Shown here: positions 38,515 through 52,334 of the stretch, piece by piece | Layout of the letters: every line of letters starts with the position of its first letter | Position numbering within the stretch: the first letter of the stretch is position 1 | Source: Vicugna vicugna | Taxonomy: Eukaryota | Reading direction: 5' to 3' | Assembly (NCBI GenBank): GCA_013265495.1 | Contig: MU058844.1 | Coordinates: 10,128,184 to 10,192,183, forward strand | DNA length: 64,000 nucleotides | Notes under the pieces: model-generated | The model's input: the letters and a program-made list of their open reading frames with translations, nothing else | Databases searched by the model: none | Told to the model about the DNA's origin: nothing | Program-made: the position numbers and the translations under genes

Positions 38515-40525
38515 GTATGATCATCTTAATAGATGCAGAAAAAGCATTTGAAAAAAATCAGCATCTCTTTATGATAAGCACTCTTAATAAACTAGGTATA
38601 GAAAAAATGTACCTCATCATAATAAAGGCTATATATGACAAGCCCACAGCTAACATACTAGATTGTGAAAAGCTGAAAGCTTTTCCTTTAATATCATGAA
38701 TAAGGCAGGGATACCCTCTGTCACCACTTTTACTTAATGTAGTGCTGGAAGTCTTAGACAGAGAAATAGGCCAGAAATGGGAATAACAGCCATCCAAATT
38801 AGAAACGAAGAAGTAAAAGTGCTCTTGTTTGCAGATAACATGATCATATGTATAGAAAACCATAAGATACCATTTAAAAAAAAACCTGTTAGAACTAATT
38901 CAAATTCAGAAAAGTTTCAGGTTATAAAATCAACAAACAAAATTCAATTGCACTTCTATAGACTAACAATGAACTATCTGAAAAAAATTAGGAAAACAAT
39001 GCTATTTATAATAGCACTAGAAAGAATAAAATACTTACAATTAAACTTAACTACAGAAGTGAAAGACTTGTATACTGAAAACTACAAATAACTGATGAAA
39101 GAAATTAATAAGATACAAACAAATAGAAAGACATCCTGTGTTCATTGATTGGAAGAATTAATATTGTTAAAATGTCCATACTACCTTAAGTGATCTACAG
39201 ACTCGATCTAATCTCTGTAAAGATCCCAATGGCATTTTTTACAGAAATAGAAAAAACAATTCTAAAATTTACATGAAAAAACAAAAGACTGTGAATAGAC
39301 AAATCAATCTTGAAAAAGAAAAACAAAGCTGTGGTATCATATTTTCTGATTTCAAAATATATTAAAAAACTAAAATAATCAAAGCAGTACGGTACAATAC
39401 CATATTAATCAAAACATAAAATCAACGATTTCATAGATATAACATCAAAAAACAAGGTAACAAAAACAAAATTAAACAAGTGGTACTACAACAAACTTAA
39501 AAGTTTCTGTACTTCAGAGAGAACAATTAAAAGGCAACCTATAGAATGGGAGAAAATAGTTGCAAATCCTACAAATGATAAGGGATTAATCTCTAAAATA
39601 TATTAGGAACTCTTACAACTCAATAGCAAAAAAAAACCTTAATAATCTGATTTAAAAATGAAATAAAGACTTGAATAGACATTTCTCTAAAGAAGATATA
39701 TAAAAGGCCAGTGGATATATGAAAAAATGCCCAACATCACTAACCATCAGGGAAATTCAAATCAAAACCACAATTAAATATCACCTCACACCTGTTAGAA
39801 TGATTATTAAAAAAAAAAAGACAAGAGGTGTTGGCTAGGATATAGAGAAACTGAAACCCTTAAACATTGTTGGTGAGAATGCAAGATGACGCCACTGCTA
39901 TGGAAAACAGTATGGAGATTTCTCAAAAACTTAAAAATAGTACTACATATGACCCAGCATCCCACTTGTAAGTATCAGTCCAAGAGAACTGAAATGAGGC
40001 TCACCAAAAGATATTAACACTTTGTTTCACATGTACTCACAATAGCCAAAATGGGGAAGCAAACTAAATGTTCACCAACAGACGAATGGATAAATCAAGT
40101 GTGGCACATACATACAGTAGAATACTTTTCCACCTTAAAAAAAAAAAAAGAAGAAGAAGAAGGAAATTCTGCAATATGCAACATGAATGAATCTTGAGAA
40201 TATTATGTTAAGAAAAATAAGACAATCATTGAAAGAGAAACATTGAATACTTCCACTTATCTAAGGTAGCTAAAATTACCAAATTCATAAAATCAAATTA
40301 TGGAATGGTGGTTGCCAGGGGCTGAAGAGAGGAGGAAATAGAGAATTACTAATCAATGGGGATAAAGTTTCAGTGAAGTAACATAAATAAGCTCTAGAGG
40401 TCTGCTGCACAACACTGAACCTGGAGTCAACAGTGACAAAGAGTACAGTTAAAAAACTGGCTAAGAGGGTAGATCTTCTATTAAGTAATCCTCTCACAGT
40501 AAAATAAAGTACAATATAAAATAAA
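38515..40525 (+). mobile_element. L1 ORF2 (RT through C-terminus) plus 3' UTR, internal deletion near 39400
   Basis: [18 protein letters not shown] and LLFADNMI motifs in ORFs 38430 and 38777; many stops and frameshifts. Confidence 0.95.
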
Positions 40526-40569
40526 ACTGATCTTTGATTACAGATAGTTCAAAAAGTACCATTATGGAC

Positions 40570-40790
40570 CAGAGATCAGCTAATTTTTTCTGCCAAGAGT
40601 GAAAGAGTAAACAGATGGGCTTTTCAGGCCGATCAGTGTCTAATACAGCTACATAACTCTACCCTCTTAGCTGAAAACAGTCACAGACAATACACAGACA
40701 ATAAATGTGGCTGTGTTTCAATGAAACTTTATAATCAAAAACAGATGGAAGGCCAGATTTGATCCACAGGCTGTAGTTTGCCAACTCCTG
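40570..40790. mobile_element. MER58A-like hAT MITE
   Basis: cagagatcagctaattttttctg...ggccagatttgatccacaggctgtagtttgccaactcctg. Confidence 0.85.
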
Positions 40791-41137
40791 TTACAGGCCA
40801 TGAACTTCCAGGGAGTAGCTGTCTCATTTACTTTATTCTTCATTGTCTCCCCAGTCCCTAAAACATTCCTCACAGAACAGGTACACAGTAAACATGCGTT
40901 GAACAGATGAACAGTCTACTTTCTGATGCAGGCACAGCAGATCTTGCTTGAATTGACATAGAGGTCATATGTCCAGGGCCACCAATGCTATGAACGACCA
41001 TGATGAGGATGTTACCTGACTATTGTTAACCAGGTTAAAAACACAGATGTTCCAGGGATCAAATATAGTCTGGAAAGCAAAGGCAATCACCATTGCTTGA
41101 AAGAAGAAAGGAAGAGGGTATCGGCACCTGGAAGTAT

Positions 41138-41607
41138 GTTTTTTTGTTTGTTTTTGTTTATTTTTTTTAATTGAAGTATACTTGATTTACCATGTTGTAT
41201 TAGTTTCTGGTGTACAGAATAGTGATTCAGTTATACACATATGTATTCTTTTTCATTATAGGTCATTACAAGCTATTGAATATAGTTCTCTGTGCTATAC
41301 AGTAGGACCTTGTTTATCTATTCTGTGTATAGTAGTTTGTATCTGCTAGCCCCAAACTCTTAATTTATCCCTCTCCCCCAACCCTTTCCCCTTTGGTAAC
41401 CATAAGTTTGTTTCCTATGTCTGTGAGTCTCTTTCTGTTTAGTAAATAAGTTTATTTGTGTCTCTTTATTTAAATTTCACATATAAGTGAGATTATATGG
41501 TACTTTCCTTTCTCTTTCTGTCTTCACCTAAAATGATAATCTCCAAGTCCATCCATGTTGCAGCAAATGGCAGTATTTCATTCTTTTTCATGGCTGAGTA
41601 GTATTCC

Positions 41608-41642
<35 letters not shown>

Positions 41643-42030
41643 CACAAATTCTTCATGCAGTCATCTGTTGATGAACATTCAGGTTGCTTCTATATTTTGG
41701 CAATTGTACAAGAATGCTGCTATGAACATTGAGGTAAATGTATCTTTTTGAATTAGAGTTTCCTCCAGATATATGTTTACAGTTGGGATTGCTGGATCAT
41801 ATCATAAGTCTATTTTTAGTTTTTTTAAGAATCTCCATACTGTTTCCCATAATGTTGTACCAAAAATTCCCACAACTGTGTAGGAGGGTTCCCTTTTATT
41901 CACACCCTCCCCAGCATTTATCATTTGTGGAATTTTTAGTGATGCTCATTCTGACTGGTGTGAGGTGATACTTCATTGTTGTTTTGGTTTGCATTTCTCT
42001 GATAACTAGCGATATTGAGCATCTTTCCAT
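41138..42030 (-). mobile_element. L1 3' end with TSD and internal (TG)n at about 41610-41640
   Basis: TSD ggcacctggaagtat (41123-41137) / ggcacttggtagtat (42031-42045), 13/15 identical. Confidence 0.93.
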
Positions 42031-42689
42031 GGCACTTGGTAGTATTTTAAGGAAGCTGTGAAAGTTTGGGAAGGATGATAGGGGAAGCTACAAGGAGTGT
42101 TTGACACATTGCACACTGAGGTTGGAGAGCATGAGTGAGAGGTGGCAATGACCTAGAGGGCAACAACGTCTTCTAACAAGGCCCTGAGCTTAGTCTTCCG
42201 AGTAGCTTAGCCTAGAAGGAAGACTGTTGAATAGATTCATGTCCCTTTCCTCTTTAAAAATCTCAGGAGTGTGAAGGAGACCACAAGTTTTTCAAGGCAC
42301 CTCTAAGCCCACTGAGTAGACACTGAGAGCAAGGCTCACAATCACGAGTTGAAAAAAATTTAAGGACAAGAAATTATCATCGAAATTAAACAGCAGCAGA
42401 CACATCCAAGGAATAATGTGGGAATCTGATCCCTTTCTGAATCTTGTGGTAGATGAAAGTGTGGAGATCACATCCAGGGGAAACAGAACAGTATTGGAGT
42501 GGGGAAAATACAAGGAGAGAGTATCACGTTAGAAGCCTAGGAAAGAGAATAAATAATGTCCGTGTTCTGCAGAGAATCAACTGCTCCACATGCCCCATCT
42601 CTAAAGGGCCTCTTTCATTGTGAATAAAAATCAGGTTGTGTATATTTGTCATATAATTTTTTTGAATTTTTTTTAAAAAGCCGAAACCC

Positions 42690-43115
42690 TGATAACTGCC
42701 AAGATGAGGTCCAAAATCCTCTGACTGACACAGAAATCCTTCAAGATTTGGTCCCAATCTACCTTCCTCGCCACTTCATGCCAAGAACTTCTTCTCCAGT
42801 ATGTACTGTTCCCAGAGCCACATCAGGCCACTTCCTTTTAGCCTCATCATGCCTGGTGATTCCACATCTCGACGTCTTTCCTCTAGTTATTCTCCACCCT
42901 GCAGTCTTTCTCTTCCTCTCCATCCAGCAAATTCTTGGCCCCTTCAGAGACATACACTGTGAAGCCTTCATGGCTCACTAACCCAGATAGTTTGTCTCTC
43001 ATTCCACTGCTCTGCCCTTACATTCTCTCCCAATTATTCATTTGCATGTCTGCCTTCACGCTGAAACAGGGAGCTCCTTGAAAGCCAGTTTTAATATTCT
43101 GGTGCTTAAGCAGAA
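42690..43115 (+). mobile_element. L2 LINE 3' fragment
   Basis: gtccaaaatcctc...ccttcaagatttggtccc...tttgcatgtctgcc...gagctccttga. Confidence 0.65.
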
Positions 43116-43695
43116 CTGGCAAAAATGCAAATAGCCCATGATGCTGCATTTAAAGCAATTAGAGCAGCATTTTGTCCTGCATTCTCTCTTGCTACCCTAA
43201 TTTTCTTCCTGCACTTATCCCTTCCCAGCTGAACCTTCTATTTTGCTCTTCTCAGACCCAAATGCAAGAGAAAACATCTCTATGCCAAGTTGATAAACTT
43301 TTCTGTAAGAAGAGCCAAATAATTGTGTCCATTGTGTTTTTAAATTATTGAACACCCACACTCACAAAGACCTTTTAGAGGACTTTTCAATCCCATGTGC
43401 ATTTTCAGGGATGTGTATCTAATATGTTTCTATTAGTTAATGTACATTTAACGTATCAATGTAATGTGCTTTGAGTCATTATATTCCAAATAGAATGCAT
43501 TGTCTTAGGAAGCACAACAATCTACTTTTCTCTATTAACAGGGTGTTGTTTTTACCAACTGAAACTTGACACATAATAATATTAATTAAAACAAAATTCT
43601 CGTTTCTTCAAAATAAATTTTCCATTTGAACATAATGGAGTTCAGGATCTTCAGGTTAGCACCATCAGGGGGCTACAATGGAACCTGACCTTGAC

Positions 43696-43838
43696 TTTCT
43701 TTCCTTCCTTCCTTTCTTTCTTCTTTCCTTTCTCCCTCTCTCCCTCATTTTCTCTTTCTCTCTCCCTCCATCCCTTTCCTTTTCTTTCTTTTTCCTTCTT
43801 CCTCCCTTTCTCCCTTTCTTTCTTTCTTTTTCCCTCCT
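43696..43838. repeat. Polypyrimidine (CT-rich) low-complexity tract
   Basis: About 140 nt of almost only C and T. Confidence 0.9.
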
Positions 43839-45614
43839 ATTTGCTATATTATGAAACAGTTTGATATCATAATATTTTCATTTTATCAAAATAAAAAATA
43901 TTTTTCTAGTCATTTGAGGTTACATGGAACACCCTTAAAAGACATAGCACCAAAATGAAACAGTTTGAATGCTGCAGTTAAATAAACATCCTTCTGAACA
44001 TAACCTTTTGATCTTCTATTTCATAATAAATCTGGAAGTAGATTCATTCTTCCCAAATTTTTCTTACTTAGAACAGTTATAAAGGTACAAATTTTCCTTT
44101 TGTGGCCCCTCAAACAAAATGACAGCTGTGACAAGTGACACTAATTTTCAAACAGACATGCTTAGACAACTATATCCTCAAGAAAATACTATGTTGGACA
44201 TGGGGAAAGATGACAAAAAGTTAGTTTTGTATATCTGGAGAACCCACTAGAGGTGGCCCAGCTCTCAGCAGGGAAATGAAGGAGGGGCTCAGCTGTGATA
44301 ATAGACTCATCCATGGGAGTGGGACAGACTGGCTCCCAACTCAGCCACAGGTGTTGGGAGGAGGCCCTGTGAGAGAACAATACTCAGTATCTAAAACATT
44401 GCAACAAACAATGGGGGTAGCCTAGGAAAGTCATCCTGCAGGTGGACTTTACAAGGAATTAGGAACACTCTTAACCATGAAATGCCAAATGACTATAGAT
44501 GAGTCCTCCAGAAGTTCACAAAAAAGCTGAGAGCCATTAAGTTATGTCAGCAGTACCAATGAGATCAGACAATTGATGCTGTCATAATCTAAATCTCTAG
44601 GACCAAGCAAGATTTAAGGCTACGCATCAGAATTTCAGGGACCAGTTCCATACAGTGACTCAGGCCCCACATGTCAAGGTGGGTGTCCCCTTATCAGAAC
44701 TGAGGCACCAAAGCAGAAACCAATTTAGAAGCAAAAATCATGATGCTGCATCACAGAGTTCTGTAGATTACTGCTACCTCTTCTCAATATTGGTCCTGAA
44801 GGTTAAGGTGAGGTTGACTATGCTTTCGGGTTCACATGTAATCAGTAGTGTGGAGGAATGTACTGTAGAATCCAACAAAAAAGACTCAGAATTGATCCCT
44901 GACCTCACGGCTTATGCTGCAAGAACTGAGAGAGGGAAGGGGGAGATGGTCCCCAAGAGGAAACACGAGTTACTGTTGGACCACAGGAAGAGTTCACGGA
45001 TATCAAGTTGGCAAAAACAAAACTGCCCCCAACTGTGAGATTCAACACAATGCTGTTGTCTAGTGAATAAAGAGTAGGAAAATGATGGTATGTATTCTGA
45101 GAGATTTAAGCTATAGAGCCATCCCAAACCATTAACTTCTGTGGGATTCGTGTGATTTCAGTGTATTGGACAGGACCAAAGCCTTCACCATTTGCTGAAA
45201 GTTCTAAGTGCTCTTTGGACCGATGATTGAGTCTCATATGTGAATACAGTAATGAACTTTGCTCTCTTAATTTTCTTCTCTGTCTCTCTCTCTCTGGTTA
45301 TTGAAATCTAGAATTCTAAAGCTATAAGCACATATAGTATACATATAGCAAGTGCTTCAAGAACTTACGACTATTCTATTACTGCAAGGTCAATTCAGCT
45401 AATTAGTGACACACTAAAGAGACGAGGAGAGAAATACTATTTGAGATCAAACTCATAGCCATTGCCCATCTAGCCCAGGAGAAGGGAATGGGTTGATTCT
45501 ATGATAGCAACCACCCAAATCTAGAAATATGATCCCCAAATAATCCCCAGCTTCCATTTACAGTAATTATGGGTTTTCAGCATGAGCCAAGGGTACTGTT
45601 TTTTTTTTCCAAAA

Positions 45615-45858
45615 TCATGCCTTTTCTAACAATGAGGTAAGACCCATAAGTGGGTTATAAAATCATTTCAGTGGGTGGGACTAGATTTTTTTAGATTTTT
45701 TAATTAAACAGAAAAGAATAAAATAGAACTGAAGAGTAGAGAAGATAAGTAAACAGAAGAAAGAAAACTTGTTTTAGGGGTGTGTGTGTGTGTGTGTGTG
45801 TATGCTGGGTTCCTACATAAAACACATTTTTTTCCTGAGAATTACAGTTTGAAAAATA
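45615..45858. mobile_element. hAT-Charlie MITE with (TG)n at about 45780-45801
   Basis: gacccataagtgggttataaaatcatttcagtggg; related to the copy at 58130. Confidence 0.6.
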
Positions 45859-47039
45859 TAGTCACAGACATCGATATGGATATAAATATAGAGATATATA
45901 AAAGAAATAGCTGGCAAACTCCCTCCAAAATACTATCACCAACCCCATGGAAGGCTGTAATATTCTCCACTGTAATATTCATGGGCATCTACAAAAAAAC
46001 AATTATAATAAAATGACTACTTTTGACAAGACCAGGGATAACTAGAAGTTAAAACATAAAAACAGGTTACTTAAAGTTTGAAAGGTAAACGTCAAACTTA
46101 AACATAACTTCTCAAATCTTAATTTTCTCATGTTAAAAAAAAACAGGGATGATTCAAAGAATGTCTAAGTTCTGAAAATACTTGATTCAGTTCAATTCAA
46201 TTATATTCTATTCTTGTTCTGCAAACTCCAAGTCTGAGTATTGTCATTCACTTTCGTCCAATTCTAACGTCAAACATTTTTCGTACAAAACGTGTATGGT
46301 GTCTCTCTTATTTTAAGTTTCTTTTCTCCACTAGAGAATGAATTCCCATTCAACAACAAAAAAAAAAAGCAGAAGAAAGAAAATCACTTTTAGGCCTAGC
46401 ATTTAAAACAAACAGTGAGGATTTTCCTAAGCAGCATAAATTATCCAATACTTTCAGAGAGATTTACTTTAAACTCTAAGATAAGGACAAGTTTAGAGAT
46501 TACGTTACATGGGGTCTTCTGTTTGACTTGTTTTAGATCTTTGAATTATGCAGAGCTATACAAATGCACTCGCTGATAAAATGAAGAGCAAATCAGTACA
46601 ACATTGCAGTGTAAGCCTTTGTGTTGGCAGAAATGCCCACTGATAGTTTGGAGTGGGGGTGAACACTGGAATTCCTTTTAAACAGAGTATCAGCTGCATA
46701 ATTCTCCTCTGATCTCACACCCACTTGTGCCGATCTTCCTTTTTCTCTGTCCAGGCCCAGGGTGGAAAGAGATCAGAACACAGTTCTTCCAGGGAGGCAG
46801 TCTGACCCTCCACTCCCATTCTGCTCAAACTCCACTTCAAAGATAGAAATGAAGTCCAAGCAGGGTGTGGTTACACTTGTGGGATGTGAGTTTGGCCAGA
46901 GCCCTCGTATTGTTATCTCATCTGTTCTGTCCCCTCCCTGAGTTCTCAAAGTCCTATCTCTGATTCATTCTTTCTCAACTCTCTGAACCTTGAACAGAAA
47001 GAACTGCATTTTAGACCTGGAGCAGAGTGAGCAGTAGCA

Positions 47040-47360
47040 TCTAAACCCAAATCCTTGCTGTGGTCCCTCTGGGGCTTCATCGTCGGTCCTCGGCCTGTAA
47101 AGGTGACCTCCTCTCCTACAACCCTCCCCTTCCCTGCACTGCCCTTCTCGTGAGCCTCGGACACACCCAGCATGCTCCTGCCACACATGCTGTTGCCTCT
47201 GCCTACAAAGCTCCTCCCTTCAGTTTCTGCATGGCCTCATTCAGATCTCTTTGGCCTCATTCTGATCTCTGCTGTACCACTGAATCTAGAACTTCCCTGA
47301 CCCCATCACTCTGTATCCCGTGTACCTTTCTCTGTTTTTCTTCACAGCACTTAAGTGCTT
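47040..47360 (+). mobile_element. L2 LINE fragment
   Basis: aaacccaaatccttgc...gcatgctcctgccac...tgctgttgcctctgcct...ttcttcacagcactta. Confidence 0.75.
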
Positions 47361-47394
47361 CGCTTGATTTCTTCCGTTACAAACATGGGCAAAC

Positions 47395-47560
47395 ATAGAG
47401 TCAGAGGCACCTAAGTCGGTATCCTGTCTCTGCCTTTGCTCTGATCTTGGACAAATTACATACTTGTATCCCTTTGATTCCATTTACTTATTGGTACAAA
47501 TGAATTGCTGTATGGGTCAAATGGAATTAAATGTAAAAGCTCTGAACTCAATGCTTTGTT
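47395..47560 (+). mobile_element. MIR SINE
   Basis: agagtcaga...tgatcttggacaaattac...gaattaaatgtaaaagc. Confidence 0.65.
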
Positions 47561-48334
47561 ATATTAGAATGCAAGTTTCAGAAGGTCAAGGATTTTGTAG
47601 GTGTAAGGTAGTATTTTAACCCCACCAGAACAGGACCGAGAATTGGTTTAATAAACATATTTTGAAGGAAGGAAAAGAGAGAGGGAGGGAAGGAGAGAGA
47701 CACAGAGGGAAGGAAGGAAGGAGAAAGGGCAGTTATGTGCTCAATTTAAATTGTGATCATTGTTATTCAACTTTTTCCCACCAAAGTGGCTCTGAAATGC
47801 TTCTAAGGAATAATCTATTTATAAGAAATAAATATGCATCTAATTTTCCTAATGCACAAGAGGTCCCCAGCTTCCTTCTCACCATCTGGTTCCTGAAAGT
47901 TATTTAGTCCTTATTTCTAATGACGTCTAAAAACAAGCAAATAAGGTAAAACGTGAGAAGTAACATCTTGAAGCTAAGACAGCAGTGACACCGGTCAGAC
48001 AGGCAATAGTTGAGACCCTGAGTCCAGAGAGGCCTGCTGAAGTGAGATGGCTAATCTAGCTGATGGTCTGTAACTAGAAAGGTCTCTGGACATTCTGGAC
48101 TTTGCAGGAACTTTTGCATGTTCTTTCCATGGGAGACCAGCAAGCAAAGGCCAGAATCAAAGGCATCTGTCAACAGGTAACAGGCAAAAGTCCAGGGAAG
48201 CATCAAGTCAATGTCATGGATGTGTAACAGTGGTCCTCCAGCTAACTGTGATCTCCACAAGGGCAGGGGCCTAGCCAATTCCTGAGTATTGTACATCCTC
48301 AATGATTATTTATTGAGTGAGTAAATTATAAGTC

Positions 48335-48825
48335 AAGGAAGATCATTTTTCAGTTGAAGGTAACAGCCCCAACACAAGTTCTCTTAAACAAAAAACAATA
48401 TAACTAAGCAGGCCAGGTTTCAATTTGACCGCAGAAGCAAGGGAATGCCAGGCTCAAATATAAACATTAGGATATGGTCTCTCCAGCTTTTGCTTTGGAT
48501 GACTTTCATTTGCCAACCACCAGCACCTCGCAGGGCTACACGCTTTCTTAGTCACAACCATCAGGAAAACTCACGGGCAGGAATTGCCTGTGCTTGGGAC
48601 ATATACCATTTTTTGAGCCAATCACTGGAGCACTGCAGTTAAGGGAATACAAAGTGCTGATTGTCTGAAACCTCTTGGAGAACAGCATAGGGTAAGCTTC
48701 AGAGTAACTGCCTGTGCTGACAGAAAAGATGGGAGGTGGGTACAGCTCATCAAAGGGAAATCTGGGTAAGGTCGTTTCTGAGCAGAAGTGTGAGTGAATC
48801 CAGACTTTGCAAACAACAAATGTCA
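48335..48825 (-). mobile_element. MLT1-type LTR (decayed)
   Basis: ttttcagttgaaggtaacag...gagccaatcactg...tgctgattgtctg. Confidence 0.55.
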
Positions 48826-49429
48826 ATACTGAGGCAGCAGGCCCAGGCATGAGGGAGTCACCCTGAATCAGCGCGGCTCTGCAGCAGGGACCCAAGAACG
48901 AGGGCTAGAATAGCCTCCAGTCCCTGGGAGCATTGAGGCAATGCCATAGGACTTGGAGTGCAGCTTGGGTTAACCATAGAAGTGTGACTCAATCATGAGC
49001 CAGCATGACTAGGAGCTGTTACTAAAACCACAGGGAAGAGCAAAACTGTAGGTGAAGTTAAAGTGGGACCAGCCTCAAGACTGATTTGATATCAAGCTCT
49101 CAGATGCTTCCTTTGAATGAGAACATGGTTGGCTTTGGTGAAGCCGAGGTGGTAGTAGCATTCAGTGATGAATTAGAGGGTGGAGGAATATTTAGGATGT
49201 TGGATGTAGAATGATCAGGGTGATAATAAGGTTCAGACTCTCCTCATGTGGACTCATTTATTATCCTCTTATTCCACTAGGTCTTAAAAGTCTGCTCCAG
49301 TAATAACTTTATTCAATCCTTAGTTTTTATGACATTTGTTTGATATTGTTTTTATGACAGTAAATAAAGTAATACATGAGAAGTAACATGCTAAAGCTAG
49401 GCTAGCACTTTACCTTTCAGCATGCTTCA

Positions 49430-50035
49430 GACTCCAACTGAGTATTGGACATGTCTCCAATGATGGGCCGCAGGTACCCCTGCTTCCCACTTCATCTCCC
49501 ATTTCTCCTTGCCCCAACAATACAGTATTTTCCTCCAAAACTGGTTTTTCTCCTATACTTCTAACCTCAATTAATAGCAACTTTATTTAAGCCAGAAACC
49601 TGTTCATCATCTCTGTCTTTCTCTGTCTATGCATGTGTGTATGTTCATATCTATCTACCTCTACCTCCATTTCTTCTCCTGTCAAATCAGTCACCAAATC
49701 CTGCCTCTTATATTTCCTTCATATTGCTCGATTCCAACCCACCACTAAACTGTTGCCTTGATTCAGATCCTTATCATCTTTTGTGTAGGGTACTTCAGTT
49801 GTTTGCAAACTGGATTCCCTAACTTGAGGTGAACATTCCTGAAAACCATAGTCCATATAGTTTCTCTGTGTTCCCACAGCACGCTGTGCCTGCTTTCTAC
49901 TTAACATTTACAATATCATATTGTGATTATGGTTTTATGTGTCTGTCCCCCTTACAAGATACTAAATTTCTCGAATGTGAGAGTTCATCTTTGAATCCTT
50001 AATACCTAAAACAGTGTCTACGGAAGTGGACCAAA
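49430..50035 (+). mobile_element. L2 LINE fragment
   Basis: ttggacatgtctcca...aagccagaaacct...aatcagtcaccaaatcctg...tgtgtctgtcccc. Confidence 0.75.
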
Positions 50036-51734
50036 TCATTGATTGTTTATATACTTAAAGGCAAGACTAGATCAATAAGTACTTTCAACTCTCTGCTAAT
50101 CATACAGCCACAAACAAAACATCAATAGTGCCTTGTTTGGGGATAACTGGGTAAAGAGTTTTTCCTTGGTGCTTGTAGTGCAATGGGCCAGACTTTTTCT
50201 GAATTAGTAGACAAAATTCTATTTTATTGGAATCTTCTGATTAGACTACCTGATTTACTTTCATCAGCAATTTGCAGATGCAGAGGCTTGAGGTTCTGAA
50301 ATATGCATTTTACATACATGAAGATGAAAAAAAACCTCCAAACTTGGGCTGTCTCCCTTAATTATAATTATAGACAGCCTACTTTGCATCATTGTTCTGA
50401 AGAAGATCCAGAATATCTTTCACATCAGTTTGAAAACTCTATCATAATAGTCTAGCCTCACGTAAGTAATCAATGAAAACTCCAAGTAAACAGGAACATA
50501 GCATTCTTATTATGAGCAGACAATGAACTTTCTTCTGAATTTATGAATTAATATACTTAGTTATGTGTAATAACTTTGGCTCACCTACTTAAATGATGCT
50601 TTGATTATGTAAGTTAATGAAATTTTTAATCATGTTTCTAGGTTACCATGTGTGTTTATCTTTGTTTTGATTGTGATATTGGACCTGCTTTAACTATTCA
50701 GACAAGAGATATTACATAATATGTTTATAGGTATGTGTTTATAGTAAAATTGCTTAGATGAATCTGTGATAGGCTCTGATCCTTCTAATGAGAATTTTTT
50801 AATGTATCTTCTTACTCTTCTCTGCAAGACAGTTCATTTGAAAGTAAAAAGATGTTATCATTTTAAAAGGGTAAAAGTACTTTTATTGACATTTTGTATA
50901 CTGTTTTGTATACTGTGACTAAAATCTCTTTTTAAGGAATATTTTTTCTTTCTTTTTAAAAAATAAGTGTGACATTAGAGGATGTTTATCTTATAACTCC
51001 AATGTATGACTCAGAAGCAATATTGATGAATTTGCTCAGGACATAGCCTTAGCACTGTGTGAAGAAAAGACTATAGGTAATGGATGCTTTATAGAAACAA
51101 GTGATCTGAAGTTTATCTGAAAGTTCAAGGGCAAAAAAAGGGCACAGGTTAGGGAAAATGTTATTTTCAGAAGTATATTGGTATATTTCAGAGCTAACCA
51201 AATATGCAAAATGGATTGTCAAGTCATTCCAAGAACTTTTAAGTTTGGTTCTTTAAAAATAATACATTACGCTATTTAATGATTTATACATTTTTCTGTA
51301 GGAATGCACTATACTTCAATTTTAAAAGCTTACTTACAAAATGTACACCCTCTAACACATATAATAGGCACCTGAAATGATGACAATTTTAAATTACCAG
51401 TCCAAAAAAAATTCATTATTTTTTAATCTTTTCCACTACATGCCTCTTTAATTTATGACAAGGACTGGCTGTTCCTACTAATGATACACATTGTGTTGGT
51501 ATGTGTTAGAAGTTAAATGAAGATAAGAATTGTAAAGGCAAGATTTCTGTCACTTCCAAATGGCCTGCTCTAATAAGCTCTGGAAACTCTGATTATTTAA
51601 TGTTTACACATGATTTACTAGACAACCAGGACTAGGTTGAAGATATATTAGAGCTTTATCTGTAGAAATATGGACCCTGGCCTTTCAGATTTGCAAGTAT
51701 GCAGTGACAACATGCATAGTGTTACACAGTGCCT

Positions 51735-51772
51735 GTGTGTGTGTGTGTGTGTGCACGCGCGTGTACATGCGC
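51735..51772. repeat. Alternating purine-pyrimidine tract
   Basis: tgtgtgtgtgtgtgtgtgcacgcgcgtgtacatgcgca. Confidence 0.9.
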
Positions 51773-52195
51773 ATTGTGCAAATGATAAAACAGAGATTGA
51801 AAGAAAGAGAGAGAGGCCAGTTTTTTCCCCCAGTGAGTCAGTGGTGTTAGGTCAGTAAAAGTAATATTCTTATCTCACTTATGAAGTGGAAACAAGTTCA
51901 CATGCCAATGGCTGGTATGTCTATTGATACTGGTGAAGACTTCACTCCAAATATACAAATTGTATGAGTTTCCCTAATAAATATTCAACACATATTAAAT
52001 AGTTATGACTCCTTTTCTTATTTTTACAATAACGTGATTATCTACAGCTAGCGTTCAATGTTTTATGCAGTGGAGAAAGAAGAGAATATGACAATTTAGA
52101 GTTAAAATGAAGGACCACAAACTAGTATCACAAGGCAAATCCACCTAGCAGGATAGATTTCTTTGACAAACACAATGCTTTTAAAAATGACTTAC

Positions 52196-52334
52196 CTCTC
52201 AGCATTAAGTGATTTGGAGATTCTGTGAAAAATCTACGTGGAGTTTGTCTTGACAAACAGAAGCTCTGGAAATATTGGACTCTCGTAACTACACGGACTG
52301 AGCGAAGCGCTGCTACTTCTTTTACACCGAGCAT
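52196..52334 (-). CDS. Candidate coding first exon: MLGVKEVAALRSVRVVTRVQYFQSFCLSRQTPRRFFTESPNHLMLR plus 1 nt (phase 1); product unknown
   Basis: gccATG start; 139 nt open to consensus donor GAG|GTAAGT (52195-52190); 6 CpG in 139 nt against a CpG-depleted background; sits in a block where I recognise no interspersed repeat. Confidence 0.5.

Noticed and set aside
32449..42030. ORFs 33012, 33347, 38430, 38558, 38777 and 41738 as genes or an active reverse-transcriptase system
   Set aside because: They are fragmented L1 ORF2 or its antisense, with stops and frameshifts; ORFs 1326, 6212, 19290 and 25290 are the same kind
44240..45160. ORF 44655..45038 (127 aa)
   Set aside because: GTG start, no splice signals or homology; the region looks like an unassigned ancient repeat
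52196..52334. Assigning a gene symbol (the R|G phase-1 ending recalls the AKT-family first coding exon)
   Set aside because: Resemblance covers only about two residues; I do not recognise the peptide
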